Assembly (NCBI GenBank): GCA_002104905.1
Contig: MCFE01000164.1
Coordinates: 83,857-147,856, forward strand
Length of the DNA stretch: 64,000 nt
Direction: 5' to 3'
Source: Basidiobolus meristosporus CBS 931.73
Taxonomy: Eukaryota; Fungi; Basidiobolomycota
Below are positions 1 through 12,579 of this stretch, in pieces (the first letter of the stretch is position 1; every line of letters begins with the position of its first letter). Position numbers and translations under genes: made by a program. Under the pieces are notes generated by a model, which saw only the letters and a program-made list of their open reading frames with translations, did no database searches and was not told where the DNA came from.

Positions 1-6
1 CTATCA

Positions 7-1330
7 ATGGCAGAAGAACAAGGGGCAATGGTTAAAAAGCAGCAGCTTCCTCAAGTGCCTGTTACAAGCAGGGCCAATAGCTCCAAACAAGCATCAAACA
101 GGCATAAGGTAGCTGGAAGAGTGCCAATAAGGGAAAAGCAGGCAGACGCAAATGCACCAGCAAAACATTTACAAAGGAAAAAGCATAGTTCTACTCAAGA
201 AGAACTCAGTCAAAGTACCAGTCAAGGACCTGGCAGTGATAAAAACAAGTGGCTACCTCAGGAGCCTGTCACAACATGGGCTGAGAGCTTGAAGCAAACA
301 GGAAAGAAGCATCAGGTTGCCTGCAGAGTGTCAGCAAGGGACAAGCAGGCCAATACAGATGCATCAGAGCAGCATTTATCAAGGTGAATATGTAGCTCAA
401 TACAGGAATCACTCAGATAAAGTAGCTGTGAAAGACCTGGCAGTAATAATGCAGAAGGTAAGGGGAAAAAGTCTACTCAAGCCAGAGACAGGGAAGCATG
501 AGAAAAAAGCTTCAGTCCTTGCCAATTAATACCATAGGCCTGGTACAGACTGAATCCCATTGTAGCCAAGAAGAATTACCAGCAAGAAAACAGATGTATT
601 TGCAAGAGCTGGAAGTACAGCCAGTTGAGCTATACTCTGGTGAGGAAAATGAGTTTGCAGCAAAGGCTATTCATCTGCCACAGCCTCAATGTCCTCCATT
701 ATTGACAGAGTGGAGATCCTACTTCAGACAAAGTAATAACGTCAATAACTCAAAAGGTTATCACAATACCTTAGGTGGAATTTTGGAACATTAACAGGCA
801 CATCAAGAGGTTGCAGCACTTCTTCAAAAGTAGTGCTCAAGAAAAGGCCCTTGAATATTGCAAGGATTTATTCCAAAGACTGGCAGATGAGGTGCTAGAC
901 CTTGCAGTGCTGGCTGAAGACCAGGATGTATGGGAACAAGGGAATGAACAATAGCATAAAGCCATATGGTTCCTGCCAAAGTTGTGGAAACAGAGCATTA
1001 CAGAAGAAATACTTACTGAGTGGTGGATTTAGATGGAGTTACTTGTTGACCATGGGGTTGGGCTTAATGTTAATGGAGGGTATAAGGACTTGTATAGGTC
1101 AATACAATTGGCAATTGAGGTACAACTGAAGTTTCAACAGAAATAAGTCAATTTGTGTGCATCAAAAATAAGCAAAATGTTTGAGTTAGGAAGTAAGGAG
1201 TATGAAAAAGAGGCAATAGCCAACATATGCATACAAACATAGGAGGTGATAGAGTGTTCAGGATCTGAAAGTGATAAAACTGGCAGAGAACCAATCAAAT
1301 GCCACTTTTGTATTGTTATGATGAAAAGTT
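7..1330 (+). pseudogene. Decayed ORF with an N-terminal 69-aa (207-bp) tandem repeat; product unknown, possibly an accessory ORF of the adjacent CACTA-like relic
   Basis: ORF 7-387 repeats KKQQLPQVPVT...QGPGSD as KNKWLPQEPVT...(ERPGSN), offset 207 nt (34 vs 241). A long protein-like frame at about 835-1330 is broken by isolated TAG/TAA stops. Almost no CpG. Confidence 0.4.
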
Positions 1331-2010
1331 TTCACTAAGTTTTTATGATATCTGGGGTGCACTTATTTTGACAGTCTTTGTACAGTGTCCTGATCAAATC
1401 AGTACCTCTAAGTCACAGGACTTAGAATCTGTGATGGCCTTTTGATGGGATCATCATAATAATTTTTCATTGGGTCAGCCATGAAGCACACAGACAGCAT
1501 GGGAGGTATTACTAGGATCACAGCCAGTATTTTGCCACACAGGTCATATTTGACCATTCACCAGTCACTACTGTACCAACAATATCTTGCTGGCCACTAG
1601 ATACCTCTGTAACAGCACCTAGCTACACTTGTCACCTTGTGTAAACTGAGTCAGGTGAGTTTGTGACACCTTTAGGCATACCCCAGCCTTCTGAATATGG
1701 CATGCAGAGTGATAGCTCTGGAAAAGCTGGCTTACTGATAGAATGTGAGCCTATCTTCCCTAACAACAGTACCCTGCATGAGCCCAGCAAAATCCTATTA
1801 TTCAGTAAGACAACACCTGTGGAAAAAACAGCCATGGATACTTTATGGAGTCAAGTAAGCCCGGTAATCCATCTGCTGGTGAATGATGGGATATTGTGGC
1901 TAGGGAAGTGATGTGTTTCCACTAATATCAGTAATGGGGAGCTCTGAGGATTTATTACTACTTCTTGCCAAAATCATCCTGGGATTCAGCTTATCATATA
2001 CATGGTATAA

Positions 2011-2241
2011 ATGGACAACCATCATGTGCTGGCAACATATGACCCAGAGACTGTCCTGATACCAGCATGTGTTAACAGTTGCAAAGCATTCACATCAGAA
2101 AATGCCATCATTGCAAGGTGTCCAACTTGTCAAGAATCCACCACCATATGAGGAAAACATCATTCACACTCCAGACATATTCAAATAATACCCCATCTAA
2201 AGAAGCTCATGCAGTCCAATACATATTGTGAAGCTATAAAG
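2011..2241 (+). pseudogene. Probable CACTA/En-Spm-type transposase fragment, interrupted by a copia LTR
   Basis: Translates MDNHH...PACVNSCKAFTSENAIIARCPTCQESTTI*GKHHSHSRHIQIIPHLKKLMQS, resembling the CACTA CxNxCxxF...CPxC...(I)IPxLKxL signature. The in-frame TGA may be a decayed CGA. Cut by the LTR at 2242. Confidence 0.45.
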
Positions 2242-2938
2242 TGTTGTAAAAATTTGTAATTCCACCAAAATACTCACTCAACTTATTCACTTAGATCATT
2301 ACTTTGAATCCTAGAGAATACTGATCAAATTCCTTGTTGGGATTTACTTAGAATATTTCCACCAAAATACTATGTGCCCAAAACATGAAAATTCTCAAAG
2401 TTATCCAAACAGCCCCAAACTTTGCACACATGTTCTTGGGACTTTTCTTGACCTGTTTCAAGTGTTAGGTATGCCAAGACCTTGTAAAAGTATAAATACT
2501 ACTTTTACATTCAATAATTCATTAGGTGAAAACCACATTATCTATTTGTCCTCCCAATCACTTCCAATTTCTCTAAGACTCTTACAATAGGTTATGAGCC
2601 CCAAGTTGCCACTCTCTGCAATGTCTACTACTGCTATTACTGGAATATTTCCCTCTGCTGAAAAGTTGGATGGATCTAACTACCAAGTGTGGAAGGTGAA
2701 GATGAAGATGCTGCCACAAGAAAGAGACATTTGGGATATTGTCATGGGAGAAGAATACCCTCCTATAAATCAGGGACAGGAAGCCTTAAAGCACCAGAAG
2801 AAAGAATAAATGCCTTTAACTGCATTTACCTTTATGTTAAAGACTAATTGCTAATTCAATGCTCAAGAGCAAAAATGGCAAAGAATGCCTGGAAGGCATT
2901 GAAAGACATCTATCAGTCATATTCAGCTGCTAAGAAAA

Positions 2939-3652
2939 TAGACTTGTTCTGTTGGATAGTGCCACATTGAGCCATGGGTGCCAAATAGTGCCATTATATG
3001 CCAGAAAGGCATAGCAGATCTAAACTTGGCCAGAGAGTGTGAAACATGACTCTTCATCTTCATGCAAAGCAGCCCCTGTGTTTCACCCATTGTGCTGGAG
3101 AAAATCCATTTTTTGATCTTTTTTTTGGAGCAACATTGTTCAGGATGTGTGAGAGCACAGAAGGACTGAAGACATGCATCTGATACTTGGTACCCATAGC
3201 ACTCTGAATCTAGCTCCTGTGGCTTGTATCATGTCACAAAAATGCATGGCACTATTGTGATCCACTGGTACTATCTGGCACTACAAGTGCTTTACATAGG
3301 TTTTACTTTAGGGCTAATATTCAAATATAGTACCTGATAGTACCAGTGGAGCAAGATAGTTCCATGCATTTTTGTGACATGATACCAGCCACAGGAGCTA
3401 GATTCAGAGTGCCATGGGTATTGAGTATCAGATGCATGTCTTTAATCTTTTTGTGCTCTTGCACATCCTGCACATCATTGATCCAAAAAAAAGGTCAAAA
3501 AATGGATTTTCTCCAGCATAATGGGTGAAACACAGGGGCTGCTTTGCATGAATATGCAGAGCCATGTTTCACACTCTGTGGCCAAGTATAGGCTCACCTG
3601 GCCTCCTTGGCACTCATGGCTCAATGTGGCACTATCCAACGGAGCAAGTCTA
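2939..3652. mobile_element. Foldback/MITE-like palindromic element (714 bp) inserted in gag of copy 1
   Basis: Arms 2939-3283 and 3328-3652 are inverted repeats. The terminal 38 bp match 36/38 (TAGACTTG...CAAGTCTA). 44-bp spacer. gag is interrupted at AAGAAAA|ATGTATCTG and resumes at 3653. Confidence 0.9.
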
Positions 3653-5112
3653 ATGTATCTGAGACAAAAATTCCTTACTACAAAGATGCAGACAGGAGAA
3701 TCAATGAAAAATCTAATTTATAGAGTTACCCTGATGATAGATGAGATGGAACCTGTGGGCATACCAGCCACTGATGAGGATGTGATAGTTACCATCCTGA
3801 ATAGCCTGACAGACAGGTTTCAGGGCCTTGTATCAGCCCTAGAGTCCACATCTGAATATTTGACCTTAAATTCCATATATGGAAGGCTCCTGAATGGAGA
3901 ATCAAGAAAATCAAGCACCAATCATAAGGAAGAAGAAAATGCTTTAATAAGCAATGATAACCAATAAAGGAGGTACCCAAGACCCTACAAAGGCAACAGC
4001 AACCTGTTGTGCAACTACTGCAAAAGAAAAGGATACACATTAGACTGGTGTCCCAAAAAGAGAGATAATCAGCAAAAGAAGCTTGAATATAGAAATGCTG
4101 CAACAACTGAAGATGGACTATTCATATCTGCACTGAATATGACCACAAGCAATGATTTTCAGGCATAGTATATTGACTCTGGAGCATCTCAATGCTTTAC
4201 ACACCAAAAAGTACTTTTTACCCAACATCCAGAAATTCCAATTAAGAAGGTTTGCATAGGTGACAATAGAACACTTGATGCAGTGAGGGAAGGAGCTATC
4301 CAAGTGAACCTTAGAAGCAGTGAAAGAAGCCATGCACTGACCTTAAAAGAAATACTCTATGTACCAGAAATAGCCAAGAACCTACTATCTGTAAGTAAGG
4401 CCACAGAAATAGGACTCAGTTTCAGCTTTGATAATTCTGGATGCAAGATAACTGATCAAAATGGTGCCCATATTGCTTTGGGTATCAGATATCAGAATCT
4501 ATACAAGTTGACTTATATTCCATCATATCTGGAAGCCAGTATAAGTAACTTAAGTGAAGAAACACCAATTCTTTGGCACAGGAGATTTGGATACATCAAT
4601 TTTGATAATTTGGGAAAATGATCAAAGATCAGCTAATTTCTGGAGTAAAAATTGATCCCCCAGCTAGTTTGGAGCAAAGCCTGCATATATGGGAAACATG
4701 CAGACAACTGTTCAAGAGCTCTGGGCTAATCAAAACTAAGAAAAAATTAAATATAATTCACTCAGTTCTGTGTGGACCTATGCAAAATTTATCCTTAGGT
4801 GGGATGAAGTACTTAATCACCTTTATTGTGGATTATACAAGATACACATAGGTCTACTTCATGGAGAGAAAGGAAGAAGCTCTGTCTAAGCTTAAGGAGT
4901 GCAATGCCACAATGGAGAGAGAAACTGGTGGAAAAATCAAGAAAATATGCTCTGACAATGGTGGAGAACATACCTCAAAACTCTTCATCAACTACTGCAA
5001 AACTCATAGGATAAAGCAAGACACTAGTGTACCATACTCCCCACAGCAAGATGAAGTAGCAGAATATGTAAACAGATCAATAGTTGATATGGCAAGATCT
5101 ATGATCCATGAT

Positions 5113-5642
5113 CAAAAATTATCCTATGATTTTTGGGTGGAATCAGTTGCCACTGCTGTATACCTTAAAAATAGGAGTTATAACAGAATACTTTGTGATT
5201 CTACTCCATTTGAGGCATGGTATGGATACAGACCAAGTGCAGAACATCTAAGAATATTTGGGTGTACAGCATATGCCAAGAAAATGCCTGGAAATTGGTC
5301 AAAATTTGAGCCAAAAAGTGTAAAATGCATATTTTTGGGCTACTGCAATGAGAGTAAGGCATACAGACTCTACAATACCAAAAATTATCTTATAATTCTT
5401 GGGTGGAATTAGTTGCCACAGCTGTTTATCTTAAACAGGAGTTATAAAGCAATACTTTGTGATTCTACTCCATTTGAAGCATGGTATGGCTAAAGATCAA
5501 GTGCAGAACATCTAAGAATGTTTAGGTGTACAGCATATGCCAAGAAACTGCCTGAAAATCAGTCAAAATTTGATCCAAAAAGTGTAAAATGCATATTTTT
5601 GGGTTACTGCAGTGAGAGTAATGCAAACAGACTCCGCAATAC
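5113..5642 (+). repeat. About 266-bp tandem duplication of the integrase C-terminal segment in copy 1
   Basis: CAAAAATTATCCTATGATTTTTGGGTGGAATCAGTTGCCAC (5113) recurs as CAAAAATTATCTTATAATTCTTGGGTGGAATTAGTTGCCAC (5379). Both units run to ...AATACCAAA. Confidence 0.9.
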
Positions 5643-7893
5643 CAAAGCAAAGAAGCTAAGCAAGTCCAGGGATGTGTTGTTTAATGAAAATTCAAAATAT
5701 TCACAGAAAATGACATCAGATGATGATAAAAATCTGATCTCAAGTCTACCAATTGTCAGGACTGAATTAGAGTAAAACAGTGAGGATTTTCTCACTTCAG
5801 GAGACTCTACAACTGTGATTCAGCCTGAATCAGTGCCTAGGAATATCCCAGAAGTGATCATTTCAGTATCAAATTCCTGGAGATCCAACTGGACATGAAA
5901 TAGCCAAAGTTACTATATCAATGAGGGTACAAACTTATTGTATGCCTAATCAGTAGATGTTGATGAGCCCCAGACTGTAAAAGAGGCCCTAAATAGCCCT
6001 CAGACAAAGTTTTGGAGATTGTCAATGACTGAGAAATATCAGGCCCTGATGGAAAATCAAACTTGGGACTTAGTCAAGTTACCATTCAACCAAAAATCAG
6101 CTGGATGCAGATGGGTCTTCAAGACAAAATACAAGGCTAATGGTGCAATTGAAAGATACAAAGCAAGACTTGTGGCCAAAGGATACTCTCACACAGAAGG
6201 GCTTGACTATACCAAGACCTTTGCACCAGTAGCCAAGCTTAATTCCATCAGATTGATATTGGCTATTGTAGTTATATGTAAGATTCTTATTCATCAATTG
6301 GATGTAAAAGCTGCAATTTTGAGTGGAGAACTTGCAGAGGACATGTATATGGACCAGCCTGATGGGTTTGCTGACCAGATAACTCCCATATGGTCTGCAA
6401 GCTTTAAAAGTCACTCTATGGTCTCAAACAATCACCAATATTCTGGAATTGCAAGATAGATTCTCATTTGGAATCTTTGAGCTTCAAGAGGAGTAATGCT
6501 GGCCATAGAATATACTATAAGCCAGATAGAGCAAATCTAGTTCTATAAGTGCTATATGTGGATGATCTTATTATAGCCGCCAATAACCTAGAAACATTAG
6601 AAGAAACTAAACCCAGCCTTTCTAAGGAATTCAAGATGTCCAATCTGGGAGAACTCAATTACTACATAGAGATTAATTTCTCCATAGACAGACATACCCT
6701 GACTATTACCCTAGGCCAATCCAAGTATATTCAAGATATACTAAAGAAGTACCAAATGGAAGACTGTAAGCCAGCAGCTACCCCAATGGATACAAACCTT
6801 AACTTGTCAAAACTCAACCAAATCAAGAGAGCTTAGTGCCATCTGTAAGCCCTGACTTTCTTTATCAATCCACAGTCAGCAATCTGATGTGTATCATGCT
6901 TAGAACATGTTCAGATACCTCATATTCAGTGGGAGTTGTCAGCCAACATAATCAGAACTATGGATCTGATCATATTGCAGCAGTTAAGCGGATTTTTAGA
7001 TACCTATATGGAATTGCTGATATCTGCTTAAGATACACTTATAACAGTTCAGAACAGGATCTTGTGGGATACTCTGATGCAGATTGGGGGCAGAATTTGG
7101 AAGTCAGAAGATCCACCACAGGATACACCTTTCTTTACTGTAAAGGAGCCATTTCATGGAATTCAAGAAAGCAGCCAACTGTAGCACTTTCTACCACAGA
7201 GGCAGAGTATATAGCAGCCTGTAAAGCTACAAAAGAAGCAATGTGGTTAAGAAAGCTTCTTACAGATTTGGGCCTAAGTCAAAAAACACCTATTACTTTA
7301 TTTCAAGATAATCAAGGATGTATACAATTAGGTAGAAATCCATCTTTTCATGCTAGAACTAAGCACATAGATATTAGACATCATTTCATACGTGAAGCTA
7401 TAGAGAATAACCTAGTTAGCTTAGTTTACTGTCCTACAGACGAAATGATTGCAGACATATTTACCAAACCATTAGCTAGAGACCAGTTTGAATATTGTAG
7501 GTCAAATTAGGACTGGTCAGTGTGAACATTTAGCTGAGTGGGAGTGTTGTAAAAATTTGTAATTCCACCTAAATATTCACATAACCTAGTGACTTGGATC
7601 ATAACCTTCAAATCCTAGAGAATACTGACCAAATTCTTTATTGGGATTTATTTAGAATATTTTCACCAAAATACCAGATACCCAGAACATTGAAATTATC
7701 AAAGTTGTCCAAACAGCACCAAATTTTGCACACATGCTGTTGGGACCTTCCTTAGCCTATTCTATGTGTTTGTAATGCCAAGACCATGTAAAAGTATTGA
7801 TACTACTTTTACATTCAATATAACATTAAGCAAAAACCACATAATCAACTTGTTCACCCAATCACTTCCAATATCTCCAAGACTCTTACCACA

Positions 7894-8586
7894 CCTTCCA
7901 TATATGTAATCTAAGGTCAATCTTCAGTTCTGGACTCTAGGGCTGATACAAGGCCCTGAAACCTGTCTGTCAGGCTATTCAGGATGGTAACTTTCACATC
8001 CTCATCAGTAGTTGGTACACCCACAGATTCCATCTCATCTACCAGCAGGGTAATTCTCTTGATTAGATTTTTCATTTCTTCTCCTGGCAGCATCTTTGTA
8101 GTAATGAATTTTTGTCTCAGATACATTTTCTTGGCAGCTGAACATAACTGGTAGATTTCTTCTAATGCCTTCCAGGCTATCTTTGCTGTTTTTGCTCTTG
8201 AGCATTGAATTAGCAATTAGACTTTAACATTAAGGCAAATGCAGTTAAAGGCACTTTGTTCTTTCTTTTGGTACTTTAAGGCTTCCTCTCCTACATTTTT
8301 AGGAGGGCATTCTTTTCCCATGACAATATCCCAAAGGCCTCTTTCTTGTAGCAGCATCTTCATCTCCACCTTTGACACTTAGTAGTTAGATCCATCCAAA
8401 TTTTCAGCAGAGGGAAAAATTCCAGTAATAGCAGTAGTAGACATTGCAGCAAGTGACAGCTTGGGGCTCATAACCTGTTGTAAGAGTCTTGGAGATATTG
8501 GAAGTTATTGGGAGAACAAGTAGATTATGTGGTTTTCACTTAATGATTTATTGAATGTAAAATTAGCATTTATACTTTTACATGGT
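7894..8586 (-). mobile_element. Copia copy 2 fragment (5' half of gag, PBS, partial 5' LTR)
   Basis: gag frame 7917-8216, reverse-complement PBS GGGGCTCATAACC at 8463-8475, LTR from 8476 truncated at about 8586, where it joins RT of copy 3 through ATGGT microhomology. Confidence 0.9.
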
Positions 8587-11500
8587 TGGTTGCTTTCTTG
8601 AATTCCATGAAATGGCTCCTTTACAGTAAAGAAAGGTGTATCCTGTGGTGGATCTTCTATCTTCCAAATTTTATCCCCAATCTGTCTCAGAGTATCCCAC
8701 AAGATCCTGTTCTGAATTGTTATAAGTGCATCTTAAGCAGATATCAGCAGTTCTTTTTAGGTCTCTAAAAATCCGCTTAACTGCTGCAATATGATCAGAT
8801 CCATAGTTCTGATTATGTTGGCTGACAACTCCCACTGAATATGGGATATCTGGATGTGTTCCAAGCATGATGTACAGCAGACTGCCAGCCATAGATTGAT
8901 AAAGAAAGTCAGGGCTTAAAGATGGCACCAAGCTCTCTTGATTTGGTTGAGTTTTGACCAGGTCAAGGTTTGCCTCCATTGGGGTAGCTGCCGGTTTACA
9001 GTCCTCCATTTTGTACTTCTTTAGTATATCTTGAATATACATGGATTGGCTTAGGGTAATAGTCTAGGTACTTCTGTCTATGGAGAACTTAATCCCTAAG
9101 TAGTAATTAAGCTCCCCTAGATTGGACATCTTGAACTCCTTAGATAGGCAGGATTTAGTCTCTTCCAATGTTTCTAGGTTATTGGTGGCTATAACAAGAT
9201 CATCCACCTACAGAGCTAATAGAGCTAGATTTGCTCTATCTGGCTTATAGTATATACTATAGTTTGCTCTATCTGGCTTATAATATATGCTACAGTCAGC
9301 ATTACTCCTTTTGAAACTCAAAGATTCCAAATAAGAATCTATCTTGCAATTCCAGGCACTTGGTGATTGTTTGAGACCATATAGTGACTTTTTAAGCTTG
9401 CAGACCAAATGGGGGTTATCTTGGTCAACAAACCCATCAGGCTGGTCCATATACATGTCCTCTTCAAGTTCTCCATTCAAAATGCAGTTTTATATCCATT
9501 TGGTGAATAAAAAACATATATTTGGCTGCAATAGCCAATATTAATCTAATAGAATTTAACTTGGCTACCAGTGCAAAGGTCTTAGTATAGGCAAGTCTTT
9601 TTGTTTGAGAGTATCCTTTGGCTACAAGTCTTGCTTTGTATCTTTCAATTGTACAATCAGCCTTGTATTTTGTCTTGAAGACCCATCTGCATCCAATTGA
9701 TTTTTGGTTGATTGGTAATTTGACCAAGTCCCAAGTTTGATTTTCCATCAGGGCTGATATTCCTCAGTCATTGCAGATCTCCAAAACTTTGTCTAAGGGC
9801 TATTTAGGGCCTCTTTTACAGTCTGGGGTTCATGAATATGGACTGAATAGGCATAGGCTAAGTTTGTACCCTCATGATATAATAATTTGGGCTATTTCTT
9901 GTCCAATTGGATCTCCAAGCATTTGATACTGGAATGATCACTTCTGGGATATTCCTGGGTACTGATTCTGGCTGAACCACAGTTGTAGAGTCCTCTGGAG
10001 TGAAAAAATTTCATTATTTTGCTCTGATTCAATCCTGACAATTGGTGGACTTAACAGATGATGACAAAAATTGGATCTTGTCATTTTTTGTGAAAATATT
10101 GAATTTTCATCAAACATTACATCCCTTGACTTGCTTAGCTTCTTTGCTTTGGTATTGTAGAGTCTGTATGCCTTACTCTTGTTGCAGTAGCCCAAAAATA
10201 TGCATTTTACACTTTTTGGCTCAAATTTTGACCAATTTCCAGGCATTTTCTTGGCATATGCTGTACACCCAAGTATTCTTAGATGTTCTGCCCTTGGCCT
10301 GTATCCATACCATGCTTCAAATGGAGTAGAATCACAAAGTATTCTGTTATAACTCCTATTTTTAAGGTATGCAGCAGTGGCAACTGATTCCGCCCAAAAA
10401 TCATAGGATAATTTTTGATCATGGATCATATATCTTGCCATATCAATTATTGATCTGTTAGCATGTTCTGCTACTCCATTTTGCTGTGGGGAGTATGGTA
10501 CAGTAGTCTCTTGCTTTATCCCATGAATTTTGCAGAAGTGGATGAAGAGCTTTGAGGTATACTCTCCACCATTATCAGAGTGAATTTTCTTGATTTTTTC
10601 ACCAGTTTCTCTCTCCACCATGGCTTTAAACTCCCTGAACTTAGACAGAGCTTCTTCCTTTCTCTCCATGAAGTAGACCCATGTGTATCTTGAATAATCA
10701 TCAATAAAAGTGATTAAATACTTCATCCCACCTAAGCATGAATCTTGCATAGGTCCATGCAGATCTGAGTGAATTAGATCTAATTTTTCTTAGTTTTGAT
10801 TAACCCAGAGCTCTTGAACAGTTGTCTGGCTTGTTTCCCATATATGCAGGCCTCACAGTGCTCCAAATTAGCTGGGGATCAATTTCACTCCAGAAATTAG
10901 CTGATCTTTGATCATTTTGCACAAATAATCAAAATTGATGTGTCCAAATCTCCTGTGCCAAAGCATTGGTGTTTCTTCACTTAAGTTACTTATATTGGCT
11001 TCCAGATATGATGGAATATAAGTCAACTTGTATATATTCTGATCTCTGATGCCCAAAGCAATATGGGCACCATTTTGATCAGTGATCCTGCATCCAGAAT
11101 TGTCAAAACTGAAACTGAGTCCTTCTGCTGTGGCCTTACTTACAGAGAGTAGGTTCTTGGCTATTTCTGGCACATAGAGTACTTCTTTAAAGGTCAGTGT
11201 ATGGCTTCCTTCACTGCTTCTAAGGTTTACTTGGATAGTTCCTTCTCCCACTGCATCAAGTGTTCTATTGTCACCCATGAAAACCTTCTTAATTGGAATT
11301 TCTTGATATTGGGTAAAAAGTTCTTTTTGGTGTGTAAAGTGATGAGAAGCTCCAGAGTCAATATACCACATCTGAGAATCCTTGTTTGTGGTCATATTTA
11401 GTGCAGATATGAATAGTCTATCTTCAGTTGTTGCAGCATCTCCATATTCAGGCTTCTTTTGCTGATAATCTCTCTTTTGGAGACACCAGTCTGAAGTGTG

Positions 11501-12579
11501 CCCTTTCCTTTTGCAGTAGTTGCAAAATAGGTTGCTGTTGCCTTTGTAGGGTCTTGGGTACCTCCTTTGTTGGCTATCATTGCTTATTAAAGCATTTTCT
11601 TTTTCCTTCTTATTGGTACTTGATTTTCTTAATTCTTCATCTAGGAGCCTTCCATATATGTAATTTAAGGTCAAATCTTCAGTTCCAGACTCCAGGGCTG
11701 ATACAAGGCCCTAAACCTTGTCTGTCAGGCTATTCAGGATGGTAACTGTTACATCCTCATCAGTAGTAGGTATGCCCATATATTCCATCTCATCTACCAG
11801 CAGGGTAAATCTGTTAATTAGATTTTTCATTTCTTCTCCAGGCTGCATCTTTGTAGTAAAGAATTTTCATCTCAGATACATTTTCTTGGCAGCTGAACAT
11901 AACTGGTAGGTGTCTTCTAATGCCTTCCAGGCATTCTTTGCCTTTTTTGCTCTTGAGCATTGAATTAGCAATATGTCCTTAACATCTAGGCAAATGCAGT
12001 TAAAGGCACTTTATTCTTTCTTATGGTACTTTAAGGCTTCCTCTCCCACATTTTTAGGAGGGCATTCTTCTCCCATGACAATATCCCAATGGCCTCTTTC
12101 TTGTAGCAGCATCTTCATCTCCACCTTCCACACTTAGTAGTTAGATCCATGCAACTTTTCAGCAGAGGGAAAAATTCCAGTAATAGCAGTAGTAGACATT
12201 GCAGAGAGGGACAGCTTGGGGCTCATAACCTGTTGTAAGAGTCTTGGAGATATTGGAAGTTATTAGGAGAACAAGTAGATTATGTGGTTTTCACTTAATG
12301 GTTTATTGAGTGTAAAAGTAGTATTTATACTATTACAAGGTCTTGGCATAGCTAACACTTGAAACAGGCTACAAAAGGTCCCAAGAATATGTGTGCAAAG
12401 TTTGGGGTTGTTTGGACAACTTGCAGAATTTTCATGTTCTAGGTACCTGGTATTTTGGTGAAAGTATTCCAAGTAAATCCCAACAAGGAATTTGGTCAGT
12501 ATTCTCTAGGATATGAAGGTAATGATCTAAGTGACTAAGCTAGGTGAATATTTAGGTGGAATTACAAAATTTTACAATA
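8582..12579 (-). mobile_element. Copia copy 3 (5' LTR, gag, PR, IN, most of RT; RNase H and 3' LTR lost)
   Basis: ORFs 10868-11674 (gag CCHC, WYIDSGASHH protease), 9938-10750 (integrase) and RT fragments 8671-9748. PBS 12217-12230, LTR 12231-12579. 33-bp tandem duplication near 9230-9290 (YSIYYKPDRAN twice). Confidence 0.95.

Larger units (their letters stand above)
2242..7893 (+). mobile_element. Ty1/copia LTR retrotransposon copy 1 (degenerate, probably chimeric)
   Basis: 5' LTR 2242-2589, PBS GGTTATGAGCCCCA 2590-2603, then gag-PR-IN-RT-RH fragments in copia order (DNGGEH, ERYKARLVAKG, LYVDD, YSDADW). PPT GAGTGGGAG and 3' LTR 7545-7893. Many stops. Flanks TAAAG and CCTTC do not match. Confidence 0.95.
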
